A stretch of DNA of 64,000 nt, from IMG/VR virus record IMGVR_UViG_3300026493_000002; one strand, 5' to 3'. The position numbers and the translations under genes were made by a program. This DNA is from a virus. Taxonomy: Duplodnaviria; Caudoviricetes. The notes beneath the pieces were generated by a model. The model ran no database searches and had not been told where the DNA came from. It worked only from the letters and a program-made list of their open reading frames with translations. Shown in pieces: positions 19,128-27,249 of this stretch (positions are counted from its first letter, which is position 1; every line of letters begins with the position of its first letter).

Positions 19128-20110
19128 TGCGCCTCGACCTTTCTCTCGAAGGCACCGCTGCCCAGAAGCGCCGCAAGAAAAAGAAAGCTGCGCCCGCCAA
19201 GGACTTGACCTTCACCGAGTCGATGGATGCTCTTGCCACCTTCGACGACGTGCTGCTGACCGGCCGATTGAACGACACGCAGATCACGGCCGAAGTACAG
19301 CAGCCGTGGGCACGCGCCGAACTGGTCGAAGGCGAAGTGCACCAAATGCTCCACATCGTGCCGCTGCGCGATATGCCGGCGGGCACTCTCCTGTACGTCA
19401 ACGGTCAGGTGCCCAACTTCAACGCGGCGACGCTGGTCAACGAGTTGCAGGAGCAGATGCGTCAGTTCCAGAACGCGGTCAACATCGTGCTGCTCATGCG
19501 CAACCAAGATATGCTGCTGGCGAATACGCTGCAGGCGGCTATCAATCGTTGGGCCACGGCCAACGCCGAGACGCTCCAGATCTTGGGCATCAACGCTGAT
19601 GACCTGTACCCGAAGTTCCCGACCGTCCAGGAAACGAAGCTCCGGGAAGGTGATACGGAAGTCTTCGATGAAGACCGGCAGGCCAAGATCGAACACGCCA
19701 AGGATGCCAGCGGCGTGATGCCCCGCATCCACGGCACCGAGTTCCTGATGACGCCGGAAGAAACGGTCGCATACGACGTGCCCGTGATCTTCGCCGCAGA
19801 CGTTATCGAGTTCGGCGACCTCATGAACATCAAGAAAGCCTTCAAGGGCCAGACGGTGTTCCTGTTCGAGTCGGGCATGTTCTTCGACGCCGATCCCGAG
19901 GGCCCCGATTTCTGGGACGTGATCTTCGACTCCCGTTCCGAGTGCAACATCGTTCCGATCTTCCTGCCGTCGGACGTCGAAGCGTGGGCCCAGCTGTTCG
20001 GCGGCAAGATGATGACGCGCTCCGATATCGCCACTCCCGGCTTTGAGAAGGGCGCCATCGTGTTGCGTCGCGGCCGGGTGACGAAAGACACCTTCGAGTT
20101 CACTACCTGA
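19127..20110 (+). CDS. hypothetical protein, polybasic N-terminus
   Basis: 327 aa, TGATG coupling, strong codon bias. Confidence 0.7.
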   Translation: MRLDLSLEGTAAQKRRKKKKAAPAKDLTFTESMDALATFDDVLLTGRLNDTQITAEVQQPWARAELVEGEVHQMLHIVPLRDMPAGTLLYVNGQVPNFNAATLVNELQEQMRQFQNAVNIVLLMRNQDMLLANTLQAAINRWATANAETLQILGINADDLYPKFPTVQETKLREGDTEVFDEDRQAKIEHAKDASGVMPRIHGTEFLMTPEETVAYDVPVIFAADVIEFGDLMNIKKAFKGQTVFLFESGMFFDADPEGPDFWDVIFDSRSECNIVPIFLPSDVEAWAQLFGGKMMTRSDIATPGFEKGAIVLRRGRVTKDTFEFTT

Positions 20111-20120
20111 GTACAGAGCA

Positions 20121-20315
20121 ATGTCTGACAAAACCCACGCACCGATGCCGACCTGCGACTGTCTTCCGTGCAGTCATGTGGAACGGGATCGCCTGCGCAA
20201 TCTGCTGAACAATCGGCCGGCGGTGAATGCCGGTCTGGAAAGTGCGTACGTCAAATGGAGCGGACAGGTGTACGAGTCCGACATGTTGGCACACGCTGGT
20301 ATCCGTCCCAACTAG
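20121..20315 (+). CDS. small hypothetical protein
   Basis: 64 aa, CDCLPC motif. Confidence 0.5.
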   Translation: MSDKTHAPMPTCDCLPCSHVERDRLRNLLNNRPAVNAGLESAYVKWSGQVYESDMLAHAGIRPN

Positions 20316-20322
20316 GTGAGTT

Positions 20323-20751
20323 ATGCGCCTCCACTTCAAAGCTGACAATCAGAACAAGCTGTTGCCGTTCAGTGTCGATCACTGGCAGCGCGTGTTCCTG
20401 CCATACGACAAGCTGATGGTGACTGCCGATTCGGTTGTCGAGGCACCCTCCGTGTTTGAACACTGCGAGCGCGTGGCTCAACGTACTGGTCTGGGCTGGG
20501 AACTGCCTTCGATTGAGACGTTGCAACTGATCGTGGACTTCACCAAGTATCAACCTGCGGCCGATAGCCGTTACTTCCGTTTTGAGCGTGGCTTCTTTTG
20601 GTCGTCCACGCCAACTCCGTGGAGTGACGGTCACCGCTTCGGCATTGAGTTCTTCACGGGCGAAGTGCGCTATCGGCAGATCACCGAGCAGGGAATGGCG
20701 CTTTCTGTGCTGAGGGATTTCCGCCCTCCGGCAGGCAAGGCCCGGCGTTAA
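20323..20751 (+). CDS. DUF1566/Lcl C-terminal domain protein
   Basis: WELPSIETLQLIVDFTKYQPAAD..YF...FFWSSTP matches the family pattern. Confidence 0.7.
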   Translation: MRLHFKADNQNKLLPFSVDHWQRVFLPYDKLMVTADSVVEAPSVFEHCERVAQRTGLGWELPSIETLQLIVDFTKYQPAADSRYFRFERGFFWSSTPTPWSDGHRFGIEFFTGEVRYRQITEQGMALSVLRDFRPPAGKARR

Positions 20752-20752
20752 A

Positions 20753-20760
20753 TCTGTAAA
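20753..20760 (+). promoter_or_regulatory. TCTGTAAA candidate phage promoter heading the modification operon
   Basis: Intergenic, 56 nt before the ParB-like ATG. Confidence 0.65.
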
Positions 20761-20815
20761 TACCAAACGTTATCAACGAGGCCTTAGCGCCAACCACTAC
20801 AAGGCAAACGACAAG

Positions 20816-21634
20816 ATGGGCAAGCACCTGAAACTTACGGACCTGCGTGAGGCCGAATACAACCCGCGAATCATCAGCGCCAAGCGACTGGAGAATCTCC
20901 AGAAGTCCATGCTGCGCTTCGGTGACCTCTCGGGCGTCGTGTTCAACGAGTCCACCAAGAAGCTCGTTTCCGGCCACCAGCGTTTGAAGACGATCCGCGA
21001 AGCCGGCCTCGAAACCGAAATCGTGACGTCCAAGCGCAAGGACAAGCACGGCACCGTGGCAGAAGGCTACATCATCGCCAAGACCCCGGACGGCGAGATT
21101 CGTCTGCCGCTGCGCGTCGTCAACTGGGCCGACAAGAAGGCTGAAATCGCGGCGAACATCGCAGCCAATGCGCACGGCGGTGACTTCGACCGTACCAAGC
21201 TCGGCGCGCTGTTGGTCAAGCTCGAAAAGGGCAAGGCGTTCGACATTGACACGCTGGGCCTCGACCCGCTGTCTCTGCGTGGCCTGATGCAGGTCATGCC
21301 GACGCTGGGCACCAAGGGTGAAGGCGGCGGTGAAGAAGACGGCGAGAGCTTCCCGGAGTACGGCGAAGACAGCTTCGACCTGCATCACACCTGCCCCAAG
21401 TGCAAGTTCCGTTTCAGCGCATCGGCTTCTTCCAAGAAGGCGCCGGGCCCGAAGGAGAACAAGCAGGTCGAGGCAGCCAAGAAGACCAAGGCTGCGAAGA
21501 AGGATGCCGAGAAGAAGGCGTCCAAGAAGTCCAAGAGCGACGACGATGCACCGGTGAAGAAAAAGAAGTCCAAGAACAAGGACGAGCCGGCGAAGAAGTC
21601 GAAGAAGGACAAGTTCAAGAAGCTGCGTAAGTAA
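20816..21634 (+). CDS. ParB/Srx-like domain protein with zinc ribbon and Lys-rich tail
   Basis: LREAEYNPRIIS...FGDLSGVVFN...LVSGHQRL ParB N-terminal pattern; FPEYGED..HHTCPKCKFRF. Confidence 0.8.
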   Translation: MGKHLKLTDLREAEYNPRIISAKRLENLQKSMLRFGDLSGVVFNESTKKLVSGHQRLKTIREAGLETEIVTSKRKDKHGTVAEGYIIAKTPDGEIRLPLRVVNWADKKAEIAANIAANAHGGDFDRTKLGALLVKLEKGKAFDIDTLGLDPLSLRGLMQVMPTLGTKGEGGGEEDGESFPEYGEDSFDLHHTCPKCKFRFSASASSKKAPGPKENKQVEAAKKTKAAKKDAEKKASKKSKSDDDAPVKKKKSKNKDEPAKKSKKDKFKKLRK

Positions 21635-21647
21635 CCGGAGAACAGAC

Positions 21648-22529
21648 ATGGCGCGTAAGGCCCAGAACAAGATCGCAGTGCCGGCATTCAAACGCCGTAA
21701 GTCGGCAAGCGATGCCAAACCGCGCATTCGTCTGCGCTTGACCAAGAGCCTGGAGAAGCACAAGGACGAGCCGTTGGCTATCCTGTTGTCCTCGGGCCTC
21801 GACTCCAATGCCGTGCTGTTCTCGGCATTGGAGCTCGGCATGAAGCCGCATATCTACAGCTTCACGCTCGATGACCGCGAGGCTCGTGACTTCCGTATCG
21901 CTCGACAGACGGCCGAGACCTTCGGCCTAAAGTTCACACCGATCTACCTTCCGACCGACCTCAAGAAGGTCAAGAAGGGCCTGATCAGTACCGTGAAGGA
22001 GCTCGACGCCAGCGGCAAGTCGGCCATCGAATGTCTGTACGCTTTCAAGTACGCGGTCGACTCCATCAAGGAGAAGAACATCGTCAGCGGTCTGGCGGCC
22101 GACATTTACTTCGTGCTGTCCAAGAAGGGCTGTATGCACTACAAGGACTGCGCAGACGACTACCGCATTCCGCGACACGCTACGGTCAAGGGTCCCACGT
22201 CGCAGACTTCCAAGCTGCGTGCCTACTGCAGGAAAAAGGGCAAGCGCTGGTTGAGTCCGTGGCTGACCGATCAGATGATGGACGAGTTCCGTGGTACCAG
22301 CTGGGATGACGTGAACAAGCCCAAGCAGAAGAACCCGATCCACGTGCAGTACCCGGAGTTCCTGGCTCACGCCAAGACCTACCAACACACCAACCTGCAG
22401 CTGGGCGACAGCGGTATCTCGGCACTGTTCACGCAGCTGCTGGACGATCCTCACTGGAATCCCGAGCGCCGGTTCAAGAGCATGACGGGCGTGTACAACC
22501 GCCTCGTTCGTGGAGAGATTACCAAATGA
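21648..22529 (+). CDS. asparagine-synthetase-like ATP-dependent amide ligase (CmoY-like), no glutaminase domain
   Basis: PP-loop AILLSSGLDS; DFRIARQTAETFGL; VSGLAADIYF; SPWLTDQMM; all AsnB synthetase-domain features. Confidence 0.8.
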   Translation: MARKAQNKIAVPAFKRRKSASDAKPRIRLRLTKSLEKHKDEPLAILLSSGLDSNAVLFSALELGMKPHIYSFTLDDREARDFRIARQTAETFGLKFTPIYLPTDLKKVKKGLISTVKELDASGKSAIECLYAFKYAVDSIKEKNIVSGLAADIYFVLSKKGCMHYKDCADDYRIPRHATVKGPTSQTSKLRAYCRKKGKRWLSPWLTDQMMDEFRGTSWDDVNKPKQKNPIHVQYPEFLAHAKTYQHTNLQLGDSGISALFTQLLDDPHWNPERRFKSMTGVYNRLVRGEITK

Positions 22530-23131
22530 TCTTTGAACTGAGCCGCAAAGGCTACAGGATCGAGAAGCTGGAGAAGAGCGCACGCGGTGTCGTCGCTCTC
22601 CTCCCTATCTTCGACTACCTGCGAACGTTGCCCGGCATGAGCCTGTGCACGGATCTGGATGCCCAGATCTCATACGTCGATCAGGAGGACCTCGACCTCT
22701 ACGTGGCCCACAATTTGGACTCGATCTTCGACGTTCCCGCAGAGGGACAAGGCGTGATCGCCATAGCGGGCGTCAAGAACCACCGGTCGTACAGCTACGA
22801 GCCGCGCCCGTACGTGTTCAACGAACCGGGCAGCTTCGGCATGAAGCACGTTGCTCGCGCCGCCGAACTGTGTTGCCTTGCGGTGATGCCCAACTTCCGG
22901 GGCAAGGGGCTTTGCCGCTCACTCACTCTACATCGCCTCGACAAGATGCCCGACAACCGTACGGCAGTCATTGAGTTGCGGCCGAGTGCTGACAGCCTCA
23001 ACCAGCTTTCGCGTGAGCCGGAAGCGCACGCATCTACGACCAGTGTGCAGCGCATCGCGCAGCGCCTGGGATTCAAGTACGAGGGCCGCGCTCTCGCAGA
23101 CAACAGCATGGTGCTGGTAGCACCGTTCTAA
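22526..23131 (+). CDS. GNAT-family N-acetyltransferase
   Basis: ELCCLAVMPNFRGKGLCRSL acetyl-CoA motif A; RLGFKYEG motif B; ATGA overlap. Confidence 0.8.
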   Translation: MIFELSRKGYRIEKLEKSARGVVALLPIFDYLRTLPGMSLCTDLDAQISYVDQEDLDLYVAHNLDSIFDVPAEGQGVIAIAGVKNHRSYSYEPRPYVFNEPGSFGMKHVARAAELCCLAVMPNFRGKGLCRSLTLHRLDKMPDNRTAVIELRPSADSLNQLSREPEAHASTTSVQRIAQRLGFKYEGRALADNSMVLVAPF

Positions 23132-23142
23132 GGACTTCAACC

Positions 23143-24039
23143 GTGCAAATGACCAATGTAGACCTCATTAGCGCCCCGTTTGGTGAGGGCGCTGGTGTTC
23201 TGGGATCCGAGAACGGCCCGAGTATGCTGGTTAAGCTCGGACTCTGCTCGGCGATCGGGCACGAAGGACTGTGCATCAATCAGTTCCACGAAATCAAGGC
23301 GAAGGTGCATCCGTATGTGCCTCAGCCCAGCCTCAAGTGCGGCGGTCACACGATTGCCTACAACGATGCGATCTACGAACGCTGCATCCTGAGTCTGCGC
23401 GACGACAGGTTCCCGCTGATGCTCGCCGGCGATCATTCGCTCTCCATCGGTTCGATCCTCGCCGCCAGCGACTACGCGAAGGAGAATCGGAAGAAGTTCA
23501 TCTGCCTGTACATCGACGCCCACACGGACTTCAACACTCCGGAGACGACGATGACGGGCAACACCCACGGCATGACGCTTGCCGCTGCCGGTGGCCTGTT
23601 CCTCGATCTTGCGGTTGAGGCCTCGGAGAACCACCTGGACCTGTCCAGCATCATCTATTACGGTGCGCGTGACATTGACCACGAGGAGCAGAAGCTGCTG
23701 GATGAACATCCGGAGATTACCGTCATCGACATGAAGGACCAGTTCCACCTTCTGACGCTGATGGATCTGCTGGACGAACGTCTCGACGAGGACACCCACA
23801 TCCACGTCAGCTTCGATGTGGACAGTCTGGATCCGAATCACTTCCTCGCTACTGGCCTGAACGTGCCGAACGGTCTCCTTCCACAGGAAGTCGAGGCCCT
23901 CTTCCAGGATCTGCGTGCCAGCGGCGCGGTCAAATCCCTTGACGTGGTTGAGTACAACCCGTCCAAGGACAACGCCACTTTTGAAGGCGGCCTGATGGTC
24001 AACACCATCGTGTCCCGTCTCTTCCACAACGCCCGGTGA
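23143..24039 (+). CDS. arginase (binuclear Mn ureohydrolase)
   Basis: GDHS, DAHTDFNTPETTMTGNTHG, GARDIDHEE, SFDVDSLDP, DVVEYNP: all Mn ligands and arginase-type substrate residues. Confidence 0.9.
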   Translation: MQMTNVDLISAPFGEGAGVLGSENGPSMLVKLGLCSAIGHEGLCINQFHEIKAKVHPYVPQPSLKCGGHTIAYNDAIYERCILSLRDDRFPLMLAGDHSLSIGSILAASDYAKENRKKFICLYIDAHTDFNTPETTMTGNTHGMTLAAAGGLFLDLAVEASENHLDLSSIIYYGARDIDHEEQKLLDEHPEITVIDMKDQFHLLTLMDLLDERLDEDTHIHVSFDVDSLDPNHFLATGLNVPNGLLPQEVEALFQDLRASGAVKSLDVVEYNPSKDNATFEGGLMVNTIVSRLFHNAR

Positions 24040-25052
24040 CAGACGTGTCCAAGAAAATCTTCAAGATGCCTACGATGAAGGCAATCAACGCCAAGGAGAA
24101 GCACTTCAAGGGTATCAGCACGTTCAGTGGCTGCGGTGGCAGTTCGACTGGCGTGAAGATGGCCGGCGTCAAGGTGCTGGTGGCAACCGAGTTCATCAAG
24201 CCTGCGATTGAGACCTACAAGGCGAACCACAAGGGCACCAAAGTGCTGGGTGATGACATTCGCAAGGTCGACTGGGAAGCTGTGCGCAAGGAGTTCAAGC
24301 TCAAGCGCGGTCAGCTGGACTTCTCCGAGGGCAGTCCGCCGTGCAAGTCGTTCTCCACTGCTGGCACCAAGAGTGAAGGCTGGGGCGAGGAAAAGAAGTA
24401 CTCCGAGAACGTCAGTCAGCGTACCGACGACCTGTTCTACGAGGAAATGCGCAAGCTGTCCGAGTTCATGCCCAAGACCTTTGTGTGCGAGAACGTCAAG
24501 GGCATGGTCGAAGGTGACGCCAAGGGTTACTTCCTTGAAATCCTCCGTGACCTCAAGGCGGTCGGCTACAACGTCCGTGCGCAGGTGTTGAATGCTGCGC
24601 GTCTCGGTGTTCCGCAGGCCCGTGAGCGCATCATCTTCGTTGGCGTCCGTGACGATCTGGCGAAGAAGGGCCACATGCCCGTATTCCCCAAGCCGCAGAA
24701 GCACGAAATCTACGTCACTGACGTGCTGCCGAAGATCGCCTACCTCAAGTCGAAGAAGAACGGCATCATGCAGTACGTGCCGGCTACCATCCCGAGTCCG
24801 ACCATTGTTGCATCCGATGGCCTGAACTCGGAGACTGCGGGCTTCTCGACCGGCGGCTTCATCGAGACCATTGAGGGCGAACGTCGCAAGTACACCATCG
24901 AGGAGTTGAAGAAAATCTTCACCTTCCCCGAGGACTTCGTGTTCACCGGCAACTATCGCCAGCAGTTCGAGCGCATCGGCCGTTCGGTTCCGCCGTTGAT
25001 GATGTACCACGTCGTCCGCGAAATCCGTAGGCAGATCCTCGAAAAGCTGTAA
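24036..25052 (+). CDS. C5-cytosine DNA methyltransferase fold, predicted carboxymethyltransferase (CmoX-like)
   Basis: FSGCGG (I), GSPPCKSFS (IV), ENVKG (VI), QARERIIFVG (VIII); motif X reads IGRSVPP instead of GNSV. Confidence 0.85.
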   Translation: MTDVSKKIFKMPTMKAINAKEKHFKGISTFSGCGGSSTGVKMAGVKVLVATEFIKPAIETYKANHKGTKVLGDDIRKVDWEAVRKEFKLKRGQLDFSEGSPPCKSFSTAGTKSEGWGEEKKYSENVSQRTDDLFYEEMRKLSEFMPKTFVCENVKGMVEGDAKGYFLEILRDLKAVGYNVRAQVLNAARLGVPQARERIIFVGVRDDLAKKGHMPVFPKPQKHEIYVTDVLPKIAYLKSKKNGIMQYVPATIPSPTIVASDGLNSETAGFSTGGFIETIEGERRKYTIEELKKIFTFPEDFVFTGNYRQQFERIGRSVPPLMMYHVVREIRRQILEKL

Positions 25053-25053
25053 A
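25047..25053 (+). promoter_or_regulatory. CTGTAAA candidate promoter overlapping the stop codon
   Basis: Motif includes the TAA of the transferase gene, 29 nt before the next GTG. Confidence 0.4.
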
Positions 25054-25081
25054 CCATCCTCACATCCAATCGGAGATTCCC

Positions 25082-25726
25082 GTGAGCGAAGAACAGAACG
25101 AAACGGCTGTCGTTGTGCCGCCGGAACCCAAGACCATCACGGTGCTGATTCTCGGCACCGATCGCAACGTCGGCCAGGACAAGCTCGGTGAGCAGCTGGC
25201 CGCACAGTTGATCGCTGGTGGCATCAAGGTGCAGCACACGCCGACCGATGACTACGCGCGCATCCGCGCTGGCGAACTGCCCAGCCTGATCGAGAGCCAC
25301 CTGAGCAAGAAGCACGCCATCAACGTGCTGTCCTACAACGGTGCGCTGTCGCATCCCGAGACCGGCCCCGTGGCCCTCGCGCTGCTGTACACGGTGAAGC
25401 CCAGCCTCGTCATCATGTGCCACGCGGGCTTTCGCGGTACGCAGGACGGTGTCAGCGTGCAGGGCGTTGGCCTTGCATCTGAAATCGCCAACACACTGCT
25501 GTTCGCTCGCCGCTTCAATCCCGATGCGAAGCTGGCGGGCATCAATCTGCATGGCGAAGGCCAGACCGAGGCCGACCTCAAGACCACGATTGACGAGACC
25601 TATCCCCTGGGTCAGTCGTTCGGCGTCGAAGTGTTCTCCTTCGACAGTGGCTCCGACGATTCGGAACTGCCCGAGGAGTTCGTTGAATCCATTGACGTGC
25701 TGGCACGAAAGGCGAAGTCACGATGA
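25082..25726 (+). CDS. DUF1611-like (DgcN C-terminal) protein with degenerate P-loop
   Basis: ILGTDRNVGQ vs family GTDcavGK; YNGALSHP vs EGQGSLxHP; LLYTVKPSLVIMCH vs LLxGsxPDxxILCH; KLAGINL. Confidence 0.6.
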   Translation: MSEEQNETAVVVPPEPKTITVLILGTDRNVGQDKLGEQLAAQLIAGGIKVQHTPTDDYARIRAGELPSLIESHLSKKHAINVLSYNGALSHPETGPVALALLYTVKPSLVIMCHAGFRGTQDGVSVQGVGLASEIANTLLFARRFNPDAKLAGINLHGEGQTEADLKTTIDETYPLGQSFGVEVFSFDSGSDDSELPEEFVESIDVLARKAKSR

Positions 25727-26571
25727 ACGCGATTACTGATACGGAGTTCCAGGACCAGGGCGTCGTCTCGCCTCCGTGCGTCAAGAAGGTCGATGACCAC
25801 CAGCCGGGCGCGAAGTGGGAGTTCAATGCCGACGTCGCCGTCAAGTTCGATGACATGCTGGGCCGCTCGATTCCGGGCTACCTGCAGATGCGCGAACTGG
25901 CGTACGAACTGGGCAAGAAGTTCATCCCCGATCAGAACGTCAACGTGATCGACCTGGGCGCTTCGCGTGGTGAGTCGGCTTCGGCCTTCATCGACACGCC
26001 TGCGTTCTCGGGCGCCAACTACTTCCTCAGCGAAGTCAGCGAGCCGATGCTGGATCAGATGCGTGAGCGCTGGAACGGCGTGTCGAACGTCCATCCGGTC
26101 AGCTACGACCTGCGGCGCAAGTACACCGATATCGCCTACGCGATCCACGATCCCGTGCGCAACATGGTGAACAACGGCAAGATACCAAGCACGCCGTACA
26201 CGCTGCATCCGACGACGCTGGTGCAGGCTATCCTGACCCTGATCTTCGTGCCGATCAACTTCCGGCAGGGCATCCTCAAGGGTGTCCACGAGGGCTTGGC
26301 TCCGGGCGGCGCGTTCATCATGGTCGAGAAGGTCCTGGGCGACAGCGCCGAAATGCAGGACCTGTTGGTCGATGCCTACCACGATCACAAGCATCGTCAC
26401 GGCTACAGCTGGGAAGACATTGAGCGCAAGCGTGCGTCTCTGGAGGGCGTGCAGGTTCCCGTGCGCCACGAGGAGAACATCGCCATGCTGCGCTCGGCCG
26501 GCTTCCGCAACGTCGAAACCTTCTGGCGCCATCTGAACTTCGTCGGGTACATCTGCATCAAGGACCAGTGA
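25723..26571 (+). CDS. cmoA: carboxy-S-adenosyl-L-methionine synthase-like
   Basis: WEFNADVAVKFDDMLGRSIPGY, DLGASRG, GLAPGGAFIMVEK, GYSWEDIERKRASL align with E. coli CmoA, including the KR arginine (codon 26431-26433). Confidence 0.88.
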   Translation: MNAITDTEFQDQGVVSPPCVKKVDDHQPGAKWEFNADVAVKFDDMLGRSIPGYLQMRELAYELGKKFIPDQNVNVIDLGASRGESASAFIDTPAFSGANYFLSEVSEPMLDQMRERWNGVSNVHPVSYDLRRKYTDIAYAIHDPVRNMVNNGKIPSTPYTLHPTTLVQAILTLIFVPINFRQGILKGVHEGLAPGGAFIMVEKVLGDSAEMQDLLVDAYHDHKHRHGYSWEDIERKRASLEGVQVPVRHEENIAMLRSAGFRNVETFWRHLNFVGYICIKDQ

Positions 26572-26641
26572 CCTCTTAGAGGCTCACCGCGACAGTCTAC
26601 AACGGGCCTTCTCAGGAAGGCCCCATGAAGAGGGCTTCACT

Positions 26642-27115
26642 ATGTTCGGTTGGCGTAACATCCTGACCGCACCGAAGAACAAACGTATCCTCGTGTGCGG
26701 CAACAACTGGTCCGACTCGCAGGGTCCATTGAAGGAGCCGGTGATTGCTCAGTGGAATGAAAGTCGTGAACGCTGGGAGACTGGCACCGGCATTCTGGGT
26801 ACTTACGGCATTCGCCCGACCCACTGGCAGCCGCTCCCTGAGGTCTACTCCACGTCGTCGATGGATCCGAAGCACATGATCTACGTTGACACGGGTCGCG
26901 TCCTGAGCATTCACGCCGCGGTGAAGGTCGTGCTGGCGTACGAGGGTGTTCCGTTCGACGTGGTGACTGGCCCTCACGGTGCAGGCCTGCTGGTCGAACC
27001 CCAGCATCTGGACAAGATGAATCGCGTTGCCAATGATTGGGGCGGGCTGCGTGACTCCATTCCACGCGCGCTGTTCAACGCTACCGTGGACTACCAACAG
27101 AGGAACAAGCCGTGA
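26642..27115 (+). CDS. DUF551-like phage protein
   Basis: WRNILTAPKNKRIL...W...PTHWQPLP. Confidence 0.65.
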   Translation: MFGWRNILTAPKNKRILVCGNNWSDSQGPLKEPVIAQWNESRERWETGTGILGTYGIRPTHWQPLPEVYSTSSMDPKHMIYVDTGRVLSIHAAVKVVLAYEGVPFDVVTGPHGAGLLVEPQHLDKMNRVANDWGGLRDSIPRALFNATVDYQQRNKP

Positions 27116-27249
27116 GCGACACCCTGAAATGCGACTACTGCGGCTACGTGTACCAGCTCGGTCTCAGCCTGTACAAGGCCGGCGACAAGTGCCCGAAGTG
27201 CAACGGTCGCGGCATTCTCTGTTCCAAAGGCTCGCGAGGTAACCCGTGA
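27112..27249 (+). CDS. 45 aa zinc-ribbon protein (not in the ORF track)
   Basis: GTG..TGA overlapping both neighbours by GTGA; CDYC...CPKC. Confidence 0.65.
   Translation: MSDTLKCDYCGYVYQLGLSLYKAGDKCPKCNGRGILCSKGSRGNP

Noticed and set aside
20323-20751. DUF1566 protein as the target of a diversity-generating retroelement
   Set aside because: No reverse transcriptase and no template-repeat copy of its 3' end seen in this window.
23143-24039. Agmatinase (putrescine supply) assignment
   Set aside because: The substrate-loop residues match arginase; agmatinase activity is not excluded without an assay.
24036-25052. Cytosine MTase as part of a restriction-modification system
   Set aside because: No cognate endonuclease nearby; the GRSV motif and the CmoA neighbour fit phage hypermodification better.
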